Part shown: positions 17,567-26,665 of the stretch, one piece after another
Layout: the number at the start of each line of letters is the position of its first letter
Position numbering within the stretch: position 1 is the stretch's first letter
IMG/VR virus record: IMGVR_UViG_2904541872_000002
Coordinates: 1,693 to 65,692 of that record
Length of the DNA stretch: 64,000 nt
Direction: 5' to 3' (one strand)
DNA from: a virus
Lineage: Duplodnaviria > Caudoviricetes
The notes under the pieces: model-generated
Databases searched by the model: none
Told to the model about the DNA's origin: nothing
What the model saw: only the letters and a program-made list of their open reading frames with translations
Translations under genes and position numbers: made by a program

Positions 17567-17715
17567 CACGCACCTCCTTTTGCTGCAGGGCTCGCGGCAA
17601 CCAGCCGTGTCGGCGGCTCTCCGACGTAGAAGCGCAAGGCGTAGCCGCCGCCCTCGGTGATGAAGTGGCCTTCGGCGACGTGCACGAGGCGCTCGGGCTC
17701 GAGTTCGGGGTTCAT
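17566..17715 (-). CDS. 49-aa hypothetical protein (MNPELEPERLVHVAEGHFITEGGGYALRFYV...)
   Basis: Sits 7 nt downstream of a full late-promoter copy; stop overlaps next start. Confidence 0.6.
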   Translation of the reverse strand: MNPELEPERLVHVAEGHFITEGGGYALRFYVGEPPTRLVAASPAAKGGA

Positions 17716-17721
17716 GGGGCC

Positions 17722-17762
17722 AGTCTGGCGCTGGACGACGGCACCGCCGAACCCCACAGGGG
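17722..17762 (-). promoter_or_regulatory. Late promoter element copy 3, predicted leaderless
   Basis: CCCCTGTGGGG-TTCGGC-N18-CAGACT, ATG 7 nt after. Confidence 0.65.
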
Positions 17763-17813
17763 TACGTGCGTGTCCTGCTACATTTCGTTTCATCCGAAGT
17801 CCCGGAGCGAGGA

Positions 17814-18236
17814 ATGGAACAAGCAACCGCCGAGCCGCCATCACCAGCACTGCGCCTCGGGCGCCACGCCGTCGGCATCATGGTCGCGGCCCTGGCCAAC
17901 CCGATGATCTACTTCAGCACCGATCAGGTGCTGGTGTGGCTCGCGACATGGGGCCCCGTGCTCATCGCCACGACAGTGATCTACGGGCTGCTCGCCCTGT
18001 TCCTCACGCGCCGCGCGCGCGCAGCGTGGCCTGGCGGCGCGATCGCGCTGGCATGGGTGCTCCTGCTGCTGCTGGTGGTCGGAAACTGGATGAACTATCA
18101 AGAGGCGCGCGCCGGGCGGCTTGCGGTTCCAGCCCCCAACGAGGCTTCGTCTCCGCAAGGTAGCGCTGGCGCGCAGGCGCCCCGACCGAGTTCTGACGAC
18201 GAATGGTGGAAGAAGGGCGCGAAGCCCCTCAACTAG
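17814..18236 (+). CDS. Membrane protein (about 3 TM) with C-terminal WWKKGAKP motif; moron, possible superinfection exclusion
   Basis: Start ATG 17814 after GAGG; three hydrophobic segments, Pro/Ala/Ser linker, ends SSDDEWWKKGAKPLN. Confidence 0.75.
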   Translation: MEQATAEPPSPALRLGRHAVGIMVAALANPMIYFSTDQVLVWLATWGPVLIATTVIYGLLALFLTRRARAAWPGGAIALAWVLLLLLVVGNWMNYQEARAGRLAVPAPNEASSPQGSAGAQAPRPSSDDEWWKKGAKPLN

Positions 18237-20284
18237 TCCTTGCGGTACCGCTTCCCGTCAGGACCGACGAACTCAGCACCGGCCGGCAAGGACGCTAGGC
18301 GCTGACGTCCTGCCGCATCGTTGGTGATGGTGGTGGGACCCGCAGCGCCCTGCCCCTGATCCAGCCGTCGCACTTCCCCGGTCGCAGAGTTGACCGCCGC
18401 CAGCACGCCCTCGGTCTTGTTGCCCGACGCATCGGTGCTGCCCTGCAGCGCCACGGGCTTCCACTCGCCCCCTGCCACCTTGCCCTGCATCGCCAGCAGG
18501 CCCTGCTGCGCGCGGGCCCGCTCCGACACCGAGGTCTTCGGGTCGAGCACGATGCGACGGAGCGCGGCCTCGTCTTGCGCTGCTGCGACCTGCGTGTCGC
18601 GCAGCCGGTTGACACCGGCCAGTTCCTCGCGCCGGATCGAGTTGGTGTCCGACGCGCGCCGGTCCTCGGCCGCGATGCGTTCGGCCTGCAGCCGCGCGGC
18701 GGCCGTCTCGCGCTGGGCCGCGCTCTGGAAGCCGAGGCCGGCGCGCTGCGTGTCCGCTGCCTGCCGCCCCGCCTCGAGTTCGGCTTGCTGGCGATTCTGC
18801 ACCGGGACTGCGGCCGCGGCGATCGCGCCCTGGTCGGACTGGAAGCCGCGCCGCGGGCTCCACGAGCCGCGCGCGCCCGCCGTGCGTAGATCCGCCTGGT
18901 CGAACATGGCCTGGGCCGCAGCCGGGCCGGGGTTGTTGATGACGGAGAGACCGCCGACCGGCACAGAAGCGTTGAACGCGCGCAGGTTCGCGGCCTGCGC
19001 GTTGGCATCGTCAAGGCTGCCAGCCACCGGGCGGCTACCCGCCGTCGGCCCGAATCCACCAGGTGCTGTGGTGGTGCTCTCCGGCGCCGCGACAGCTGCT
19101 GGCGCTGCCGCCGGTGCGGCGACGGGCGCAGGCGGCGCGACGGGCGCAGCAGCCGCCGCGGCCGGGGCCGACGCGGGCGCCGAAGCCGGCGCGCTGATGC
19201 CGAAGACGGGCGCGACGCCTTGGCGCGCAGCTTCGGCGCCGGCGGCGCGGTCACGCTGGTCCTGCTCGAAGCGAGAGACGACTCGAGATTGCTGCTCGTC
19301 GGTCAGCGGGTAGCCGCTGTAGCGCATCGAGGCATCGTTCGCCGATGCCACAGCGCTGGCTGCAGGTTGTGCCGACGGCGGATTGACCGCGCCGCGACCA
19401 GCACCAGCCGCCGACGGCGCACCGAAGCCGGCCATCTGTTGCGCCTGCGGGCTCGGCGGCAGCGAGGGCGTGAGCATCGGCAGCGGGGCCGGGATGCTGG
19501 CGCCGAGGTCGCTGCTGCCGGTGCTGGCCGCCGCCGGCCGCGGCGCGCCGAGTTGCACGACGCTCGAGTCTCGCGCGGCTGCTGCGGCGTCGCCGAAGCT
19601 GCTCGCGCGCCGGCGCGCCTCATCATCGACGGGCCCACCGTTGGCATAGCCGCGCGGTCGGAAGCCGAAGCCGTTGCCAGCAGCGGCCGGCGCTTCGGCG
19701 GCGGGCCGCCCCGAGAATCCGCCCACGAACCGCACCGCATGGGTCGGCACGGGCTGAGCTGCTGCCGCCGCTGGCGCCGGACCGTCGATCATGCTGACCG
19801 TGCCGCCCGGCGCGCCGCCGTTGATGCTCACCGGGCCGGTCACGTTGCCGCCGCTGTAGGCGTTGCCCTTGCGGGTCACGGCCCCGCCGTCGGCGAAGAA
19901 CAGCGCGCCCTCGGAGTTGAAGCCGAAGCCCTCGGGCACCGGCGTGTGCGTCGCATCCTTCATCGCGTCGAGCGCCTGCACGCCGACGGCATGCACCTGC
20001 TCGGGCGGCAGACGGTACTCGCCGTTGCTCAATCGCACGTCAACGCCCTCGCGCGCGCTGCGCGGGCTGAAGCCTCGTGCGCCCATGTTGCCGAGCGCCG
20101 CTTCGCCGAGCTGCTCGGTCGAGTCGGCCGGCATGATGTAGCTGCCGGCCGGGACCGTGTCCTCGATGGAGTCCGAGGTGCCCGTGGCGGGCCCGCGGAT
20201 CAGGCCGCCATCGGCCTTGTGCTGCCGCGCACCGTGCGCGGCCTGGGGCGTTTTGCGCACTGCGCGTGGTTGAAAGCCGTGCAT
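18233..20284 (-). CDS. Internal virion/ejection protein
   Basis: 683 aa; three (F/Y/K)A(D/N)GG motifs, GPATGTSDSI...LSNGEY motif, Ala/Pro linker, C-terminal LPAGAEFVGPDGKRYRK. Confidence 0.8.
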   Translation of the reverse strand: MHGFQPRAVRKTPQAAHGARQHKADGGLIRGPATGTSDSIEDTVPAGSYIMPADSTEQLGEAALGNMGARGFSPRSAREGVDVRLSNGEYRLPPEQVHAVGVQALDAMKDATHTPVPEGFGFNSEGALFFADGGAVTRKGNAYSGGNVTGPVSINGGAPGGTVSMIDGPAPAAAAAQPVPTHAVRFVGGFSGRPAAEAPAAAGNGFGFRPRGYANGGPVDDEARRRASSFGDAAAAARDSSVVQLGAPRPAAASTGSSDLGASIPAPLPMLTPSLPPSPQAQQMAGFGAPSAAGAGRGAVNPPSAQPAASAVASANDASMRYSGYPLTDEQQSRVVSRFEQDQRDRAAGAEAARQGVAPVFGISAPASAPASAPAAAAAAPVAPPAPVAAPAAAPAAVAAPESTTTAPGGFGPTAGSRPVAGSLDDANAQAANLRAFNASVPVGGLSVINNPGPAAAQAMFDQADLRTAGARGSWSPRRGFQSDQGAIAAAAVPVQNRQQAELEAGRQAADTQRAGLGFQSAAQRETAAARLQAERIAAEDRRASDTNSIRREELAGVNRLRDTQVAAAQDEAALRRIVLDPKTSVSERARAQQGLLAMQGKVAGGEWKPVALQGSTDASGNKTEGVLAAVNSATGEVRRLDQGQGAAGPTTITNDAAGRQRLASLPAGAEFVGPDGKRYRKD

Positions 20285-20314
20285 GGGCTACCCTTCGAAA
20301 GTTCGCTGTCCACG

Positions 20315-20357
20315 ATTCTTCGCGGCAGCCGCACGGCCAGCCAAGCCCTATAGGGGG
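20315..20357 (-). promoter_or_regulatory. Late promoter element copy 4
   Basis: CCCCCTATAGGG-CTTGGC-N19-AAGAAT. Confidence 0.65.
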
Positions 20358-20367
20358 CGAGGCAAGC

Positions 20368-21114
20368 TCAAAGCTCTCGAATCGACAGGCCTCGCTGGCG
20401 CAGGAGCGAGATGAAGTTGTCAGGACCAACGCAGTGGGACGCACCTACTGCCAGAAGGGTATTGGTCGCTGGATTTCCCGCCTGGAACACTGACTCGACC
20501 CACGCCCTGTTGCGGGACACGAGCACGGCTTCGCGAATCGCGGGTCGGCCAAACAATGGCGACTGGTCATTGAGAGATTGCACTGCTTCGCTATCTCGAG
20601 CGGCCCAGCTATCGAACATCGCATCGAACTGTTCTTGGGCGCGACCAACGAGTGGAAGCCCCAGCCTCATCGCAACCGCCACTTCGTCCTCGGGGATTGC
20701 GTCGAAACCGGCGGCCACCGCGGCCGCCTGCTCGATGTAGCGAAACGCCTGCCCCTTTTGAGCTAAGCGAGCACCGATGGCAGCCTCCGCGCCGGGAGCC
20801 AGCTTCACTCGCGACATTCCCACCTGCAAAAAGGCCGCCCAGGGGCGAAGGCTTTGAAGGTCTTCTTGGATTTTCGGCGGTCCGTCCCATGCGGCAGAAA
20901 GCGCATTCCAGATGTCGAGCGGCAAAAGCGCTTGCAGCCGACCTCCTGGCGCGAGCTTTCGATATGCCTGAAACGCTTGCACGTCGTGCTCTATGCAGCC
21001 CGCATCAGCCCACTGCGCTGCATCCGACACGAACTGCGGCACCACGCTGCCGACAGGAAAAGCATGCAGCGTGGCCAGAATGCGAAGACGGGTCCCCTCG
21101 ACTTCAAAGTACAT
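20368..21114 (-). CDS. TraB/GumN (TIKI-like) family protein, cargo gene
   Basis: TLH, IEH, SRNRAW and AVGASHCVG motifs; low GC; no signal peptide. Confidence 0.75.
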   Translation of the reverse strand: MYFEVEGTRLRILATLHAFPVGSVVPQFVSDAAQWADAGCIEHDVQAFQAYRKLAPGGRLQALLPLDIWNALSAAWDGPPKIQEDLQSLRPWAAFLQVGMSRVKLAPGAEAAIGARLAQKGQAFRYIEQAAAVAAGFDAIPEDEVAVAMRLGLPLVGRAQEQFDAMFDSWAARDSEAVQSLNDQSPLFGRPAIREAVLVSRNRAWVESVFQAGNPATNTLLAVGASHCVGPDNFISLLRQRGLSIREL

Positions 21115-21156
21115 GACGTGCCCCCGACCAAGATGGACACGAAATGTGCCACAACC

Positions 21157-22200
21157 TCAGTTCGAGGTGCTGTCGCTGCCGCTGATGCTGGCGCTGGTGT
21201 TGATCGCGTTGAGGCCGGCCGCCGCTTGGGTGCCGAACATCTGGGCCGACGCCATGGTGGCGCGCACCTTCGCGTCGACCGAGCCCATCGCCGCGCGGAT
21301 GTTCGCCTCCTCGCCGCGCATCTTCAGGTCCGCATCGGCGATCGCCAGCCGCACGCGCGGCTCGAGCGCCGCGGTCTCGGCGCTGTACATCTGGACCAGC
21401 GCGCGCGCGAGATCCGTGCGCAGGCCCGAGAGCCCGGTGGCCAGCTTCATTGCCGTCTCGGGTCCGAGGATCAGCGTGCGGATGTAGTTGCCCGCGGCGT
21501 CGAGCGCGACCTGGCGCTGGCTCAGAAGCGCGGTCACCGCGAAGCGGATGTTCTCCAGTTCCTGGTCCCACGACTTGACCATGATGTCGCGGCTCGCGGT
21601 GGCCAGCTGCTTCATGCCGTCCAGCCGGATCTGGTTCACCTGGCTGGTCAGGGCGCCCGGCGGCAGCGGAAAGCCGCGGTCAGCCCAGGAAGCCATGGCC
21701 TCGTCCTCCGCGCGCGCCACCTCCGCGCCGACGCGCGCGCGGTCGCGCTCGAACAGCTGTTGCTCGACGGCCGGGTTGATGCCGGTACCTCCCTCGCGCA
21801 CCGCGCGATCGCACCAAGTGATGGCGTCCTCGTAGAACTCGGGGTGCGGGAAGTGCTCGGCGATGAAGTCGGCCATGCCCTGCTGGATCATGGCCAGGAT
21901 CTGGTCGCGCGAGGCATCGTAGAGCGCCTGGGCGTTGGCCGGGTCCTCGTCGGGCAGCTGCGGCTTCACCGGCGGGACGTAGCTGGTGTCCAGGCCCGGC
22001 ACCGTCACGTGCGGCGCGGGGTCGGCCAGCGCCACCGCCGCGCCGATGCGCGCATCGCCAGCCGACGACATCGTCTGCGCGTTCTTCCACATCGCGTTGA
22101 AGGTGCGCGCGACCGTGACGGCCGCGCCGACTCCGCCGCTGACGGGATCAGGGATGGGGACGATCTCGCCCGGTCCAGGTGGGGTGACTGCCATGTTCAA
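21157..22200 (-). CDS. Probable internal virion/ejection protein
   Basis: 347-aa helical Ala-rich ORF in the virion operon (alternative start 22194). Confidence 0.7.
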   Translation of the reverse strand: MNMAVTPPGPGEIVPIPDPVSGGVGAAVTVARTFNAMWKNAQTMSSAGDARIGAAVALADPAPHVTVPGLDTSYVPPVKPQLPDEDPANAQALYDASRDQILAMIQQGMADFIAEHFPHPEFYEDAITWCDRAVREGGTGINPAVEQQLFERDRARVGAEVARAEDEAMASWADRGFPLPPGALTSQVNQIRLDGMKQLATASRDIMVKSWDQELENIRFAVTALLSQRQVALDAAGNYIRTLILGPETAMKLATGLSGLRTDLARALVQMYSAETAALEPRVRLAIADADLKMRGEEANIRAAMGSVDAKVRATMASAQMFGTQAAAGLNAINTSASISGSDSTSN

Positions 22201-24032
22201 ATCTTCCGCTTGAGGTCTGCGACCCGGAATTGCACCGAGTCGATTTCGAAGTTGGCGCCGTCCTTGTTGAACAGCTCGACCGTGAGGTAGCTGGCGCTCA
22301 GGCCGCGCCCGACTTCCACGCGCCGCTGCTTGAGGTCCGGGCCGAAGCCGCGGGCCTTGTAGATGAACTCCCGGCCCTCGGCGATCACCTTCACGTAGAG
22401 CTCAGCTTCGCCGGCCATGCCGACGTAAGCCTCGCTGATCGTCTTCAGCGCCTTGGTGCCGAAGTCCAGCTTCCCGAGGCTGATCGACGCCTCGATCGGC
22501 GCGCCCGCGTCGTCTTCGCCGATCAGCTCGAACAGCCCGAAGTCGCTGGCCCCGTAGAAGCGATCGCCGATGCGCGCGAAGCTGTTGTAGTCGTAGTTCG
22601 AGTAGGTGGTGCTGGCGTTCGAGTCGAGGTTCACGACCCACACCTGGGTGTCGCCGCCGGCGCCCGGATTGCCTGGCCCACCGGGGCCGCCGGGCCCGCC
22701 GCGCGTGCCCAGCTCCGAGCCGGCGCGCGCCGCGGCCTGCATGGCGGCCTCGACCACAGCGCTCAGGACAAGCGCCGAGCCGACGCTCAGCTGCTCGATC
22801 ATCTCGGCCGCCAGCAGGATCTCGGGCAGCAGGCCCGCCGCCACGATCACGCCGCCCTGCATGGTGACGACCAGCAGATTTACCGCCTGCAGCGCGGTGG
22901 CCACACCGGTGAGGCTCGACATGGAAGCGTGGAAGTTGTCTTCGTAGGCCAGCAGCACGCCGCCCAGCGGCTCGAGCACACCGCGCAATTCGCCATATGG
23001 ATGGTCGGCCGCGAGCATCTCCATGCGCGGCAGCTGGGCGTCGAGCGTGGCGGTCTCGCCCACCAGCACGCTCCCGCCGAACGCGAGCGGCGGCAGCGCG
23101 AAGTTGCCGACTGCATAGGAGGGAGTGATCAGGCCGGCCTCGCCAGCGAAGCGCAGCGCCGGCAGGTCCGCGCGCAGCTCCGCATAGGCGCCGGTGGCCG
23201 CGAACATCGTCAGCGGCTCCAGCTCGGCGTCCAGCGTCGCGGTGCCCGGCGTCAGGTCCGGCGGGCTGACCTGCACCAGCTGCGGATCGAACACCTTGTC
23301 GTCGCCCGAGTAGAGCGAGGCCTCGAGCCAGCCCGCGGCCGTCGGCACGCCCGTGTCGACCACCAGCACCTCCTCACCGTCCTTGAAGAAGGTGACGACT
23401 GGTTCGTCGTCGCTTCCCGAACGCTCGATGCGAAACACCGTCGCATCCGAGTAGTTGCCCACGCCCGCCCCCATCACGCCGTTGCGGATGGTCCAGGCCA
23501 CGCCCTGGGCGCAGTAGAAGCCGAAGTCGATGGTGTTGCCGTTGTAGCCGGCGTCGACGCCGTCGTAGAAGTTGATCCCGCAGATGACGCCGACCACCGA
23601 CTGGCCGACCTTGAACTCGACGAAGCCGTCGCCCTTGAACTCTGCGATGGACCTCGCGCCAGCGTTCCACCCCAAGTTGTAGCCGGTCTCGAAGGTGGAG
23701 CCCGCGGCGTAGGAGAAGCCGGGTTCGAAGGGCTGGGCCGGGACCGCTGGATAGGTGATGGCCACCAGCTCGTCCGTGCAGGCCCAGACCCCCACCTCGG
23801 CGCCCGCACCCCCGCCGATGACCCCGTCGGGCACGAACGTGCCGGTCACCTGGCCCGTCGACGGGTCATAGGTGAAGAAGTAGCGGCCCGGCCCGCTGTA
23901 TCGGAACATGCAGACGCGCCGGGTCTCGAAGACCGTGCGGGCGGGCTGCGGCGGCCGGTAGGGCTTCGCCGGGACATGCTCGTAGCTGACGTTCTCGACG
24001 ATGACCGTGTTCTTGGTGAGCGTGTTCGCCAT
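22197..24032 (-). CDS. Tail structural protein with beta-sandwich (SPRY/ConA-like) region
   Basis: Start ATG 24032 (MANTLTKNTVIV); KGDGFVEFKV...FRIER...FFKDG; conserved-looking C-terminal tail module. Confidence 0.7.
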   Translation of the reverse strand: MANTLTKNTVIVENVSYEHVPAKPYRPPQPARTVFETRRVCMFRYSGPGRYFFTYDPSTGQVTGTFVPDGVIGGGAGAEVGVWACTDELVAITYPAVPAQPFEPGFSYAAGSTFETGYNLGWNAGARSIAEFKGDGFVEFKVGQSVVGVICGINFYDGVDAGYNGNTIDFGFYCAQGVAWTIRNGVMGAGVGNYSDATVFRIERSGSDDEPVVTFFKDGEEVLVVDTGVPTAAGWLEASLYSGDDKVFDPQLVQVSPPDLTPGTATLDAELEPLTMFAATGAYAELRADLPALRFAGEAGLITPSYAVGNFALPPLAFGGSVLVGETATLDAQLPRMEMLAADHPYGELRGVLEPLGGVLLAYEDNFHASMSSLTGVATALQAVNLLVVTMQGGVIVAAGLLPEILLAAEMIEQLSVGSALVLSAVVEAAMQAAARAGSELGTRGGPGGPGGPGNPGAGGDTQVWVVNLDSNASTTYSNYDYNSFARIGDRFYGASDFGLFELIGEDDAGAPIEASISLGKLDFGTKALKTISEAYVGMAGEAELYVKVIAEGREFIYKARGFGPDLKQRRVEVGRGLSASYLTVELFNKDGANFEIDSVQFRVADLKRKI

Positions 24033-24034
24033 GG

Positions 24035-25567
24035 TCAGATGGGTGGGGGGTTGGGCCTGCGCGAGTCGGTCAGCCAAGGGGTCAGGGGAAAGGCGCTGAC
24101 CGGCAAGTCGTTGTCGCGCAGGAAGGTCACGACGGTGAAGTCCGCGAGGGAGAGCTGCTCCTGGCCAGGCGCCGGCGCATCGTCGGGCGGCAGGCCGTCG
24201 CGCGCGATCGTGCCGCGGCGCGACCACGTCTGGCCGTAGTCGGCGCTCTGGTACAACGAGTGCTTTCCGTCCCACATGGGGCACACCATCAGCTTCGTCG
24301 ACAGGCCGCTCACGATGCCGGTGTAGTTCTCCTTGAACGGCATCGCGGGCCGCTCGAACAGATCCGTGCCGTTGGGCGTGAACCGCACTCGGGCGGGGTA
24401 CATCCAGGCCTTGCGCCCTTCCAGCGGCGCGGGGATATTGCGCGTGAAGATCAGCACGCCGCCCGGCACGGCCAGCGGCGCGCGGCCGGCGTAGATGCCG
24501 GCGTCTTCGCCGTTGCCTTCGTACAGCACCTGCGTCTCCATCAGCGAGCAGCCCGCAGCCACATCCACCAGCCCGAGCTTCACCTTCACGCGCACGGCGT
24601 TCGAACCATCGACGTAGGGCACGCGGGCCACGACGACCGAATAGCGCCGGCTCAGCGGCGCCGACGTGATTTCCGCATCGGAGATACCCTGGTTGAAGCG
24701 GCCGGCGGCCGTCTCGGTCAGCGGTAGACCTCTCATGGTCGCCAGCTCGGTGTCGAACATGTTGGTCGACGAGCACGGCGACCAGGTGCGACCCGCGTCC
24801 AGCGAGTAGGTGAAGGTCAGTCCGGGACACGCCGCTGGGTTCACGGCCGTAGGCGCATAGACCGGCCGCAAGTAGCGGTCCATCTTCAGCAGCACGCCGG
24901 GCGCGAGGTGCAGGATGTCGGGGAACCAGCCCAGCTGGTTCGCGACGTACAGGACATCGCCGAACGCCTGGCTCGCGCCATCGTCGGTCACGTAGGCCTG
25001 CACGTGCTGGCCGTCCTCGAGCAGGATCGGCACGGCCACGCCGGCGTAGAACTTGTGCGCGGCGCCGTCCTGCCAGTAGCCGCCCCGGGTGTAGGTCACC
25101 AGCGCATAGCCACCGAGGTACGGCACGAAGCTGTCCACTGCGTAGTGGTCCTTGAGCTGCCTGCCGGTGCGGGTCAGCTGCAGGTTCGTCGTGAAGACCC
25201 GGCAGGGCCGGCCGTCGAAGTCCAGGAAGTTGCCGACGTCGGTGTTGCTGATGACGCCGCCTTGGCCCCTGCCGTAGTAGGCGAGCTGCGACGTCACGAA
25301 GCCGCCTGCCTCCGGCGCGGGCCCGCGATCAGAGAACGTGCGCGCGTCGCTCGAGCCGCGAATCCGCGTGCCTCCGCCGGCCACGCGCCCAAGCGAGTAG
25401 TAGCCGTCGAGCTTCTGGCCCTGGAAGATGTTGGTGAAGTCGCCACTCTTGCGCACGACCACGTCGCCGCGCCGGCGTGTGCTGAAGGTGGGCAGTCCGT
25501 CCTGCACCCAGTTCGCGGCCTGGCGCCCCAGCGAGGTCGGGCCGTTGCGGAATTTCCCGTAGGCCAT
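24035..25567 (-). CDS. Tail/adsorption protein with Asp-box (BNR) repeats
   Basis: YSLDAGRTW and SADYGQTW Asp boxes, 510 aa. Confidence 0.7.
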   Translation of the reverse strand: MAYGKFRNGPTSLGRQAANWVQDGLPTFSTRRRGDVVVRKSGDFTNIFQGQKLDGYYSLGRVAGGGTRIRGSSDARTFSDRGPAPEAGGFVTSQLAYYGRGQGGVISNTDVGNFLDFDGRPCRVFTTNLQLTRTGRQLKDHYAVDSFVPYLGGYALVTYTRGGYWQDGAAHKFYAGVAVPILLEDGQHVQAYVTDDGASQAFGDVLYVANQLGWFPDILHLAPGVLLKMDRYLRPVYAPTAVNPAACPGLTFTYSLDAGRTWSPCSSTNMFDTELATMRGLPLTETAAGRFNQGISDAEITSAPLSRRYSVVVARVPYVDGSNAVRVKVKLGLVDVAAGCSLMETQVLYEGNGEDAGIYAGRAPLAVPGGVLIFTRNIPAPLEGRKAWMYPARVRFTPNGTDLFERPAMPFKENYTGIVSGLSTKLMVCPMWDGKHSLYQSADYGQTWSRRGTIARDGLPPDDAPAPGQEQLSLADFTVVTFLRDNDLPVSAFPLTPWLTDSRRPNPPPI

Positions 25568-25569
25568 GG

Positions 25570-26214
25570 TCAGGGCGCGGGCGGGTCGCCGATGGTCGCG
25601 GTCGCGCCGACGAGATCCGTCCAGAAGTCAGAAGGCGGAGGCGGCTCGGAGGTATACGCTCGCATGGACGACAGATTCAGGCTGCTGTCGCTGCTCGCAT
25701 TCATCCGCCAGTTGTGCCCGTCCATGACCCGGTCCGACGAGCCGTACGAGAAGATCTCCTCGCCCTCGAAAGAGGCGGTCAGCCTCGGGTTCTCGTTCGC
25801 ACGAAAGTGAAAGCGGACAGTCGAGCCGCTAATGATCGAGTCCGGCCACGTGAACGTCTGGACCGGGCCCTCGGTGTACCAACGCACCTCACAGCCCGTA
25901 TTCGAGATGTTTATGTACCAATTCCCGGGCGTCAGGTCGCCCACGGACTGCACGCCGTATTCGATTTCCAGAAGGTCCGTCAGCAGGCCTCCGAACGTCA
26001 GCTCGACACCGCACTCGTCCGCACCGCCGAATTCGTAGAGTGGCACTTGCGCGTCACCCGCGCCACTGAATGGCGGGATGACGGAGCCGAAGCCCGACAA
26101 CAGCAGGCGCTGTCCCGAGACGAACGGAGCAGCCCAGACGTGGTCGTTCCCCGCATCGTGGCCGACGAGCGTGCCAGGAGGCCCGTTGAATTCGTCGAGG
26201 AAGAGATCGGCCAC
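25570..26214 (-). CDS. Variable beta-rich virion accessory protein
   Basis: 214 aa, acidic, lower GC core, C-terminal FWTDLVGAT segment. Confidence 0.6.
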   Translation of the reverse strand: MADLFLDEFNGPPGTLVGHDAGNDHVWAAPFVSGQRLLLSGFGSVIPPFSGAGDAQVPLYEFGGADECGVELTFGGLLTDLLEIEYGVQSVGDLTPGNWYINISNTGCEVRWYTEGPVQTFTWPDSIISGSTVRFHFRANENPRLTASFEGEEIFSYGSSDRVMDGHNWRMNASSDSSLNLSSMRAYTSEPPPPSDFWTDLVGATATIGDPPAP

Positions 26215-26217
26215 GAC

Positions 26218-26655
26218 TCAGAACGTCGGGAGCGTGATGTTCGCGGCGTTGATCGACTGGGGCGCGCCCGCCGTGAGGTTCACGCTGGACATGTTCAGGT
26301 CCGCGCCCGCGGTGCCGCACTTGCCCTGCAGACGCGGCTGCGTCGTGCTGGCGGTGCCGTCATCGTCGCCCGAAACGATGCGGAAGTGCGACGCGGTGCC
26401 GCTGCCGGTGTTGACGCCGCTCCAAACCTGCGCCGCGGCCTTCGGCAGCGTACCGTTGGCGGCGTCATCGAAGTTGAGCGGGTCCCCGGTGCTGTTGTCG
26501 CTGACGATGCAAAGCACGGCCGGTGCGGCCGCGGCATCTGCGCTGGCCGGTTCGGTGCCCGCGTAGATGATCAGCACGGGGTTGGGGATCGAGGCGATCA
26601 GCGAGCCCATGCTCAACATGGCATTGCGCAGGCCGGTGGAGGCTTTGAGGGTCAT
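26218..26655 (-). CDS. Tail structural protein
   Basis: 145 aa, LIIYAGTEPASAD and GTASHFRI motifs of phage tail beta-proteins. Confidence 0.7.
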   Translation of the reverse strand: MTLKASTGLRNAMLSMGSLIASIPNPVLIIYAGTEPASADAAAAPAVLCIVSDNSTGDPLNFDDAANGTLPKAAAQVWSGVNTGSGTASHFRIVSGDDDGTASTTQPRLQGKCGTAGADLNMSSVNLTAGAPQSINAANITLPTF

Positions 26656-26665
26656 GGGAGGTCCT

